Source: Candidatus Pelagibacter sp. HTCC7211 (GTDB lineage Bacteria; Pseudomonadota; Alphaproteobacteria; Pelagibacterales; Pelagibacteraceae). From it: a stretch of DNA of 32,000 nucleotides. Each line of letters opens with the position of its first letter. Position 1 is the first letter of the stretch. The translations under genes were made by a program, and so were the position numbers. Below, one piece after another: positions 9,369-16,063 of the stretch. The DNA lies in NCBI RefSeq assembly GCF_000155895.1, contig NZ_DS995298.1:480001-512000 (forward strand), in the 5' to 3' direction. Below the pieces are notes generated by a model, which was not told the DNA's origin, did no database searches, and saw only the letters and a program-made list of their open reading frames with translations.

Positions 9369-10322
9369 TTAATCGTTTCTTAGTGGCCGTAATCTTCCAA
9401 AAATATTTTCTCTATGATATCGGATATAATCAAGCGAAGGTTTTATATTATTATCAACTGGGAGAGAAATTAATTGATTATCAAATTGTTTAAGAGAACT
9501 ATCAATTAGTTTTTCATGAACTTTAATCTTATAGTTATCATTTATTGTAAAATATCCTCTGTCAAAAGCATGGTGAAGGTCTAGATTTAATAAAATACCA
9601 TTATCTAATCTGTGAGGACCATTATGAGGATTTAAAACAGGTTTTATGTGTGCAGCTTGGAGATTTGTATAATGTGAATAGTTGATCGATGAACCGGAAA
9701 TAGCACATTTTAAATTATACAGCCTTCTTATAAGTTTTTTAAATTCATCTGGAGTATGAGTATTTTCAACAGGGTTACCTATTCTAGGATTTATTCTATT
9801 AATAGTTCTTTCTGAAACAATTGTTCTAATTGTATTAATTGATCTTTGATCAATAAAATTCATCTCATTTGTCCACCAATGTGCCCCCCTTCCTTTTTGA
9901 TTATCTGGTAAAGAACCTACTAAATCATCAATTATATTATACTCATTATCCGCTGGATTAAATCTGAACATCCTGAACAAATCTTCTCCATTTGATTCAA
10001 ATTTTAAAATGACTAAATAATCATCTTTGTTAAAAAAACTATTTAGGGGATCAATATTTTCATTTAGGTATAACCTTAAGTCCTTACCTCTATGTGCACT
10101 TCCATTGTGCCAAACATATTCACAATAAACTAAAATATTATTTGCATTATTTACACAACCAACAGATACAGATGGCTCAACATCATTCTCATTAAAATTT
10201 GGAAAAAAATTAGTTGCTCTTTGTAATTCCTTTGAGATCAGAATATATCTTCCTGCCTCTCTAACTCTCCCACCTCTATAACCCAGTTCTTGGGCGTTTA
10301 ATTTTCTGATATAGAATTTCAT
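9369..10322 (-). CDS. Putative restriction endonuclease: N-terminal EcoRII-N-like (B3-type) DNA-binding domain fused to a C-terminal HNH nuclease
   Basis: 317-aa ORF. The C-terminal part, C206-AISG...LQAAH225IKP...DN241GILLNLDLH250HAFDRGYFTI, fits the HNH_2-type signature. The N-terminal part (KFYIRKLNAQELG, FFPNF...EPSVSV, WHNGSAHRGK) parallels remembered EcoRII N-domain segments (FVYIKRLSANDTG, LFPSI...NPSVFL, YYNSRAHFGK). It is convergent with the second methyltransferase, with 9 bp between the stops. Confidence 0.78.
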   Translation of the reverse strand: MKFYIRKLNAQELGYRGGRVREAGRYILISKELQRATNFFPNFNENDVEPSVSVGCVNNANNILVYCEYVWHNGSAHRGKDLRLYLNENIDPLNSFFNKDDYLVILKFESNGEDLFRMFRFNPADNEYNIIDDLVGSLPDNQKGRGAHWWTNEMNFIDQRSINTIRTIVSERTINRINPRIGNPVENTHTPDEFKKLIRRLYNLKCAISGSSINYSHYTNLQAAHIKPVLNPHNGPHRLDNGILLNLDLHHAFDRGYFTINDNYKIKVHEKLIDSSLKQFDNQLISLPVDNNIKPSLDYIRYHRENIFGRLRPLRND

Positions 10323-10333
10323 AAAAAAATTAT

Positions 10334-10672
10334 TTATAGATCTTCATTATGCCAGGTAAAAAGATCTGCTTCAAAAGGAATATTTCTAAATTTTAATAAA
10401 GCCTTATATTTTTCAAGTCTGTCCTCTTTTTTAGCATTTTTTAAGTATGTAAGGATTTGATCATATGTTAGTCCTTTTAAACTATTTTTTTTCACATCCA
10501 CATATTCTTCATATTCCATACCTGCTATTGCGTAGCCTTTATTGGGATCTATGTGTTCAGCATAACTAATTGTGTCTTCAGTTTCTTTAAGGATATCGTA
10601 CCAGTGAGCAACCTGATTTTTATTATCAAAAAGATAATCTTTTCTGTAATCAAACAGTTCTAACTGCTGCAT
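10334..10672 (-). CDS. Hypothetical 112-aa acidic protein, apparently co-transcribed upstream of the nuclease
   Basis: ORF ends 11 nt upstream of the nuclease start on the same strand. I recognise no motif: no helix-turn-helix, no Vsr motifs. Coding status rests on length, position and the lack of competing ORFs. Confidence 0.55.
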   Translation of the reverse strand: MQQLELFDYRKDYLFDNKNQVAHWYDILKETEDTISYAEHIDPNKGYAIAGMEYEEYVDVKKNSLKGLTYDQILTYLKNAKKEDRLEKYKALLKFRNIPFEADLFTWHNEDL

Positions 10673-10819
10673 ATTTTTGAAGTATTTAAATTGAGAAAAT
10701 TAACTAACAATTAATAATATAATTTTAAATTATGTCTTAAGTATGATACTATTTATTAGTCCTGATTTAGAACATAACTCTACTTGCTAGGACTATAAAC
10801 AAAACGCTAAAGGAGAAAC

Positions 10820-11050
10820 ATGAAAATAATAATACAATCAGTAAAAAACTTTTTTAAATCAAAAGAAAAAAAAGGTTTAAAACCGATATTTTTTGAAAGT
10901 ATTGGAGATCAAAACACACCAAGAGATGAAAGGCGAAAGAATTTGATAAATATTTTAGAAAAAAATGGATTTAAAATTAAAAACAAAAGATAAGGTCTTG
11001 AATTTACTTACCAACGGATTTACCAACGAATGCAATTACAAAAGGAAATA
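10820..11050 (+). CDS. Candidate small basic protein (76 aa), hand-called and absent from the supplied ORF track
   Basis: ATG at 10820 preceded by aaAGGAGaaac, a strong Shine-Dalgarno for this genome. Hand translation: MKIIIQSVKNFFKSKEKKGLKPIFFESIGDQNTPRDERRKNLINILEKNGFKIKTKDKVLNLLTNGFTNECNYKRK, stop at 11048. Its 3' end runs through the right repeat block. Its absence from the track is unexplained, so the coordinates need machine re-checking. Confidence 0.3.
11001..11037 (+). repeat. Right sub-terminal repeat block: TTACCAAC plus ATTTACCAAC, and the shared 21-mer
   Basis: ttaccaac at 11007-11014 and atttaccaac at 11017-11026. The 21-mer 11017-11037 is identical to 7109-7129. The block ends 83 bp before the intact tRNA. 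Confidence 0.6.
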
Positions 11051-11120
11051 AATAGAAACAAAACAAAAACATTGGAGCTTGATTAACTTTTAATTTGTTG
11101 TAAAACCTAGACTTATTGAA

Positions 11121-11197
11121 GGGCCTGTAGCTCAGTTGGTTAGAGCAGTACACTCATAATGTATTGGTCCCAGGTTCGAGTCCTGGCGGGCCCACCA
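11121..11197 (+). tRNA. tRNA with CAU anticodon, intact; acceptor-stem features favour tRNA-Ile2 (lysidine) over elongator tRNA-Met
   Basis: 77-nt cloverleaf. Acceptor gggcctg/cgggccc. D arm gctc-agttggtta-gagc. Anticodon stem gtaca/tgtat with loop ctCATaa. T arm ccagg-ttcgagt-cctgg. ACCA end. C4-G69 and C5-G68 match the acceptor pairs known as TilS determinants in E. coli tRNA-Ile2. It is not an initiator, because 1-72 is paired. Confidence 0.92.
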
Positions 11198-11203
11198 AAA
11201 TAG

Positions 11204-11788
11204 TTAATTTTTTGAAAATTCTTCTAATGTTTTGAATAAAGCATTAATATTTCCATCATTAGAATTTAAGATTGATGAAAACTCTTCTTTTTGTGTTCTT
11301 GCTAAACTTAACCCCTCTATAATTAAATCTCTAATCAATGGATTTTCAGGATCCTTTGTATACACTCTCCAATCAATTTTTACCTCAGGTCTTTCTGAGG
11401 TTGCTACCAATAAACTATTTACGATTGTATAGTTTTTATTTAAAACTTTTTTATCATTAACTTCTATCTCAGGGTTAGTATATTCAGCCAGTCGACTAGA
11501 AAAGCTTTTTAAAAAATAATCCTCAAATAATTTTGAATATTCAATTTTTTGACTATCATTCAGATTTTTCCTCGCTGAACCTAGAGAATAAAAACCAACT
11601 CCTTTTATATCAACGGTTTCTTTAGCTATAGATTTAAGCTGATTTATTTTTTCTTCTTTTGATATATTTTTAGTAAGAATTTGTGATGCTCTGTTTACAG
11701 TAGATTGAATAAATACATCTGGCTCAATAGAGTAAACGTTCGAAATATTTATGCAAAACAGTAATAAAATTAGGAAAATTTTTTTCAT
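11204..11788 (-). CDS. mlaC: MlaC/Ttg2D-family periplasmic phospholipid-binding protein
   Basis: 194-aa ORF with an N-terminal signal peptide (MKKIFLILLLFCINISNVYS) and Ttg2D-like segments (FSSRLAEYTN..., IDWRVY, IRDLIIEGLSLARTQKEEF). Sits downstream of mlaA. Confidence 0.72.
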   Translation of the reverse strand: MKKIFLILLLFCINISNVYSIEPDVFIQSTVNRASQILTKNISKEEKINQLKSIAKETVDIKGVGFYSLGSARKNLNDSQKIEYSKLFEDYFLKSFSSRLAEYTNPEIEVNDKKVLNKNYTIVNSLLVATSERPEVKIDWRVYTKDPENPLIRDLIIEGLSLARTQKEEFSSILNSNDGNINALFKTLEEFSKN

Positions 11789-11803
11789 TTACAAAGAAAT
11801 TTT

Positions 11804-12610
11804 TTATTGGCTGTCTATTTCTTCCCAGTCTTCTTCATTTTTATAAATAACCTCAATATTTCCTCTATTTTGATTTTCAATTTTATTCTCTCTATCTTGT
11901 AGATATAAACTTTTAACTGAAGCATAAAAATCTACTGAATTTTTTTCAAGATTATCTAAGGACTCAATATTATTTGCTCTAAACTCAATACCACTTAGAG
12001 CTTTCGATGTCAAAAAAACACCCTCATTTAAAAACTCGTTGTTACCATGTATTGAAGCATTATACCAAGGATCTCCTCCCAATACATTAGCAAAAGATCC
12101 GGCTGAGTCTCTTATTGTTGAAGGACCTAAAACTGGAAGAACTAAATAACAACCTGGGCCTACACCCCAAGCGCCTAAAGTTTGACCATAATCCTCTTTA
12201 ACATATTTTGGAAAGCCTATTTTATTTGCCACATCGATAATACCTAATAGTCCAACCGTTGTATTCACAATTAATCTTCCTGTATTAATCGCTGCAGTTT
12301 TTATATCACCTTGCAAAACGTTGTTAGGTATAGTGATTAAAGTAGACAAGTTTTTTACTGCATTACCCGTACCCTTTTGAATTGGATCTGGTAATTTCTT
12401 ATAACCCTTTGCTATTGGTGAAATAATAGCTCTATCTAAACCTTGGTTAAATGAAAAGGTAGCTCTATTAAGTTTTTCAAAACAATCTTTTATTTTTTTG
12501 GGTTTTTCATTTTCTGATAATACCAATTCACCACTAGAGCCTGCAATTGCATCAAAAGATAATAAGAAAATTGAAATTAAAGTTATTACAAATTTTTTGT
12601 ACATGAGCAT
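11804..12610 (-). CDS. mlaA: MlaA/VacJ-family outer-membrane lipoprotein
   Basis: 268-aa ORF with a signal sequence and VacJ-family blocks (FNQGLDRAIISPIAKGYKKLP, NNVLQGD, NTTVGLLGIIDVA, DYGQTLGAWGVGPGCYLVLPVLGPSTIRD). Confidence 0.85.
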   Translation of the reverse strand: MLMYKKFVITLISIFLLSFDAIAGSSGELVLSENEKPKKIKDCFEKLNRATFSFNQGLDRAIISPIAKGYKKLPDPIQKGTGNAVKNLSTLITIPNNVLQGDIKTAAINTGRLIVNTTVGLLGIIDVANKIGFPKYVKEDYGQTLGAWGVGPGCYLVLPVLGPSTIRDSAGSFANVLGGDPWYNASIHGNNEFLNEGVFLTSKALSGIEFRANNIESLDNLEKNSVDFYASVKSLYLQDRENKIENQNRGNIEVIYKNEEDWEEIDSQ

Positions 12611-12693
12611 CTATATATTATAAAAAATTAGTTTATTAAATAGCATTTAAATTCAAAAAATGTCGATAAAGTGTTTATAAATAGGTAAAATTT

Positions 12694-13440
12694 ATGCCAA
12701 AATTAAAAATGAATACAAACCTGAATTATTCTCCAAATTTTGATGTAAAAAAAAGAAGGGTAAAAGAAGTAAAATTTATTATTTTTCATTACACTGGGAT
12801 GAAAAAAGAAAATCAAGCTATCACTCGGTTAACTAATTCTAAATCAAAAGTTAGTAGCCATTACTTAATAAAAAATAATGGCGAAATATTAACTTTAGTC
12901 CCTGACTTATATGTTGCTTGGCATGCAGGAATTTCATCATGGAAAAACTATAAATCAATTAATAAATATTCAATAGGGATAGAAATTAGTAATCCTGGAC
13001 ATGAATATTCTTATAAAAAATTTTCAAAAGAACAAGTTAAATCGATTATAAAATTGAGCACTTATTTAATAAAAAAATATAATATTAAACCGAACTTTAT
13101 ATTAGGTCACTCTGACATTGCTCCAGATAGAAAAAAAGATCCAGGGGAAAAGTTTCCTTGGAAATATTTGTCAAAAAATAAAATTGGTCATTGGCATAAT
13201 TTGAATGAAAAAAAAATTTTTAAAAAAAGAAATTTAACAGAAGGTAAAAAAGAAAAAATTAAATTTATCAAAAATTTATATGAGATAGGATACCCAAAGA
13301 ATATTTTGTTTAATAAATACAAATATTCAAAATTATTAACTACTGCATTTCAGAGAAGGTTTAGGCAAGAACTTGTAAACGGTATAATTGACCAAGAATG
13401 TCTTGTTATAAGCAATAACCTAGCAAAAAACCTGAAATAA
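12694..13440 (+). CDS. N-acetylmuramoyl-L-alanine amidase (Amidase_2, AmpD/AmiD type)
   Basis: 248-aa ORF with motifs IIFHYTG, SSHYLI, AWHAG, SIGIEISNPG and GHSDIAPDRKKDPGEKFPW, which include the usual zinc and catalytic residues. Confidence 0.85.
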   Translation: MPKLKMNTNLNYSPNFDVKKRRVKEVKFIIFHYTGMKKENQAITRLTNSKSKVSSHYLIKNNGEILTLVPDLYVAWHAGISSWKNYKSINKYSIGIEISNPGHEYSYKKFSKEQVKSIIKLSTYLIKKYNIKPNFILGHSDIAPDRKKDPGEKFPWKYLSKNKIGHWHNLNEKKIFKKRNLTEGKKEKIKFIKNLYEIGYPKNILFNKYKYSKLLTTAFQRRFRQELVNGIIDQECLVISNNLAKNLK

Positions 13441-13480
13441 AATTTCTTGATATTTTACAGCTTAGTTGTAAATTCTTTTT

Positions 13481-13834
13481 GCCAGATAAACGACTTATCG
13501 CTTTAAGTTGTTAAAGAGGAAAGTCCGGGCTCTACAAGGAAACAGTGCCAGGTAATACCTGGCGGGGGCAACCCCAGGGATAGTGCCACAGAAAATAAAC
13601 CGCCATAACATGGCAAGGGTGAAAAGGTGTGGTAAGAGCACACCGGTTCTATTGGTAACAATGAACGCTGGAAAACCCCACTGGGAGCAAGACTAAGTAG
13701 AGATGACATTGTTGAAAAACTAAAAGCCTTCCTTGGCTAGTCATCAGGGTTAGTTGCTTGAGCTTAAGAGTGATCTTGAGTCTAGACAAATGATAAGTTT
13801 AAATGACAGAACCCGGCTTATAGTTTATCTGGCA
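13481..13834 (+). ncRNA. rnpB: RNase P RNA, bacterial type A
   Basis: Conserved P4 halves GAGGAAAGTCCGGGCTC (about 13515) and ACAGAACCCGGCTTA (about 13806). P1 pairing gccagataaac (13481-13491) with gtttatctggc (13823-13833). P2 gacttatc/gataagt. The 68-aa minus-strand ORF at 13503-13709 lies inside it and is spurious. Confidence 0.93.
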
Positions 13835-14024
13835 TTTCATAATTAAAAATAAAAATATATTAGAGAAACAATTATTCTTTTAGCTATAAGTATAGATTTA
13901 AATGGATCATTAATAATTATTCTTATTATCTAATTAACAACATAAATAAAGAACTCATCTATTACTAATCATTATATCAAATTTTGTCTCATAAATTGAC
14001 TTTTATTAAGCATAGAATCAGCAA

Positions 14025-14053
14025 TTGACTATCATTTAAAATACCCATATATT
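14025..14053 (+). promoter_or_regulatory. Candidate sigma70 promoter of the dcw operon (Pmra equivalent)
   Basis: TTGACT (14025-14030), 17-bp spacer, TATATT (14048-14053), 42 nt upstream of the mraZ ATG. Confidence 0.5.
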
Positions 14054-14067
14054 CCCATATATTCCCA
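14043..14067 (-). promoter_or_regulatory. Putative MraZ operator: three TGGGN boxes with 5-nt spacers
   Basis: The minus strand reads TGGGA-atata-TGGGA-atata-TGGGT. On the plus strand this is accca 14043-47, tccca 14053-57 and tccca 14063-67. Exact 10-bp periodicity, overlapping the -10 element and the transcription start region. Confidence 0.5.
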
Positions 14068-14095
14068 ATTATGGAATTTTTAAAATTAAAAATAT

Positions 14096-14563
14096 ATGTT
14101 TTTATCAACTTACGAGAACAAGTTAGACAAAAAGGGAAGAGTATCTGTGCCTGCTAGTTTTAGGTCTCATTTGTCAAATTTAGGTTACAACGGCGTAATT
14201 TGTTATCCATCTTTTAATAATTCTTCAATAGAAGCATGTTCTCAAGATAGAATAGAAAAAATTTCCTCAGTAATAGATTCTTTAAATCCTTTTGAAGAAA
14301 AAAGAGATTATTTCGCAACTTCAATATTAGCAGAAAGTACTAATTTACAATTTGATAGTGAGGGAAGAATTTCACTTTCATCAAAATTATTAAAACATGC
14401 AAAAATTAAAAATAGCATGTTATTTGTTGGTCAAGGTCAAACCTTTCAAATTTGGGAACCAACGGCGTTTGAAAAATTTAAGGTAAATGCAAGAAAAAAA
14501 GCAAATTTAAACCGAGCTAACCTTAAATGGGAAAAACATTTTAATAACAACGAGGGGAAATAA
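14096..14563 (+). CDS. mraZ: Transcriptional regulator MraZ
   Basis: 155-aa ORF with the duplicated MraZ/SpoVT-AbrB motif (LDKKGRVSVPASFR and FDSEGRISLSSKL). First gene of the dcw cluster. Confidence 0.9.
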   Translation: MFLSTYENKLDKKGRVSVPASFRSHLSNLGYNGVICYPSFNNSSIEACSQDRIEKISSVIDSLNPFEEKRDYFATSILAESTNLQFDSEGRISLSSKLLKHAKIKNSMLFVGQGQTFQIWEPTAFEKFKVNARKKANLNRANLKWEKHFNNNEGK

Positions 14564-14566
14564 AAG

Positions 14567-16045
14567 ATGACAATTAACTTTAAAACACCAGAAATAAAAG
14601 AGTTACAGCCACGATTACTAGTTATGGGAGTAGGTGGAGCAGGCGGAAATGCTGTTAATGAAATGATTGAAAATAATTTACAAGGTGTAGAATTTATTGC
14701 GGTCAATACTGATGCACAAGATTTAAAGTTAAGTAAATGTAAAACAAGAATTCAAATTGGTTTAAATTTAACCAAAGGTTTAGGAGCTGGCGCTAAACTT
14801 GATATAGGACAAGCCGCAGCAGATGAGTCTTTAAATGAAATTATAAATACTTTACAAGGTGCAAACATGGTTTTTATTGCAGCTGGAATGGGGGGTGGCA
14901 CAGGGACTGGTGCTGCACATGTGATTGCTAGAGCTGCTAAAGAATTAAATATCTTAACTGTAGGTGTTGTGACTCTTCCATTTCTATATGAAGGCCCCTC
15001 AAGAATGCGAAGAGCACAACAAGGTTTGGAGGAATTAAGAAAACATGTTGATACGATTATAGTTATTCCAAATCAAAATTTGTTTAAAATTGCAAATGAG
15101 CAAACAACATTTGAAGATTCATTCAATCTTTCTAATAATGTTTTAATGCATGGAGTTCAAAGTATTACTGATTTGATGGTAAGACCAGGGTTAATTAATC
15201 TTGATTTTGCTGATGTAGAAACTGTAATGGCATCAATGGGCAAAGCAATGATGGGAACAGGAGAAGCCGAAGGCGAGGGTAGAGCGCTTCAAGCAGCAGA
15301 GATGGCTGTCAGCAATCCATTGATTGATGATTATACTTTAAAAGGTGCTAAAGGATTATTAGTTAATATTACAGGTGGAAAAGATCTTAAACTCTTTGAG
15401 GTAGATGAAGCAGTAAATAAGGTAAGAGCAGAGGTAGACCCAGAAGCGGAATTAATTATTGGCGCAATCACAGACTCAGAACTTGATGGAAAGATGAGAG
15501 TTTCAATTGTTGCAACATCACTGGATGGACAACAACCAGAGACAAAATCAGTAATAAATATGGTTCATCGTATCCAAAATAGAAATCCAGGTTATTCAGA
15601 CTTCTCTCATTTAGGAACGTCTGCATCTTTTAATTTTTCTAATACGGCCTCTAGTCCAATTTCACATGGTGCAAATGCATTGAAACTTGAGAATGAAATT
15701 GTTCATGAGCAAACTAATGACAGTAATCATTCAAGTATTGTTAATGAAGAAATTATGACTAACTCAAACCAAGTTTCAGAGAATGTGGTAGAGGATAGTT
15801 CTATAAATGAAATGGAAAAATCATTTACTCAAGAGGCTACTGAAACATCTCAAGAAAATACAGAAACTGAAAGTATTGAAGAGGATGTATCAAATGACCT
15901 AAAAGAATTTGGCGTAGACTCAGACTCTCCTGATTTATTCAGTTCAGAAAGCGAACATTCTACCGCAGAAGATTTACTATCATCAAATGAAGAAGAGGAT
16001 GATGATCTTGAAATACCAGCATTCCTAAGAAGACAAAAGAATTAA
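14567..16045 (+). CDS. ftsZ: Cell division GTPase FtsZ
   Basis: 492-aa ORF: [11 protein letters not shown], tubulin signature [16 protein letters not shown], a long acidic linker, and the conserved C-terminal peptide [12 protein letters not shown]. Starts 3 nt after the mraZ stop. Confidence 0.97.
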   Translation: MTINFKTPEIKELQPRLLVMGVGGAGGNAVNEMIENNLQGVEFIAVNTDAQDLKLSKCKTRIQIGLNLTKGLGAGAKLDIGQAAADESLNEIINTLQGANMVFIAAGMGGGTGTGAAHVIARAAKELNILTVGVVTLPFLYEGPSRMRRAQQGLEELRKHVDTIIVIPNQNLFKIANEQTTFEDSFNLSNNVLMHGVQSITDLMVRPGLINLDFADVETVMASMGKAMMGTGEAEGEGRALQAAEMAVSNPLIDDYTLKGAKGLLVNITGGKDLKLFEVDEAVNKVRAEVDPEAELIIGAITDSELDGKMRVSIVATSLDGQQPETKSVINMVHRIQNRNPGYSDFSHLGTSASFNFSNTASSPISHGANALKLENEIVHEQTNDSNHSSIVNEEIMTNSNQVSENVVEDSSINEMEKSFTQEATETSQENTETESIEEDVSNDLKEFGVDSDSPDLFSSESEHSTAEDLLSSNEEEDDDLEIPAFLRRQKN

Positions 16046-16063
16046 TGGTCTTCAAAGTAATAA

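Larger units (their letters stand above)
7025..11120. mobile_element. tRNA-inserted genomic island (~4.1 kb) carrying a restriction-modification cassette; no integrase present
   Basis: Bounded by the 40-nt direct repeat of the tRNA 5' half. Internal sub-terminal ATTTACCAAC repeats sit near both ends. The cargo is two m5C methyltransferases, an HNH nuclease and two unknown ORFs, lying between housekeeping loci (rpoD/tRNA-Val on the left, mlaC on the right). Confidence 0.8.

Noticed and set aside
7025-11120. Search of the island for a degraded integrase, transposase or inverted terminal repeats
   Set aside because: No ORF or visible frame shows tyrosine- or serine-recombinase motifs or DDE motifs. 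The ends are direct repeats, not inverted ones. It is therefore reported as integrase-less rather than as an IS element or transposon.
13503-13709. 68-aa minus-strand ORF
   Set aside because: It lies wholly within the RNase P RNA gene, the one locally GC-rich stretch. This is a classic artefact.
14044-14066. Short 10-bp tandem repeat considered as a micro-CRISPR or satellite
   Set aside because: There are only about 2.5 units and no spacers. Its position over the mraZ promoter and its TGGGN phasing fit an MraZ operator instead. No CRISPR-like arrays occur anywhere in the window.
15540-16000. Long acidic, Ser/Glu/Asn-rich low-complexity region at the FtsZ C-terminus considered as an insertion or fusion
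   Set aside because: This is the normal disordered C-terminal linker, which is long in alphaproteobacterial FtsZ. It is followed by the conserved C-terminal peptide ([12 protein letters not shown]).
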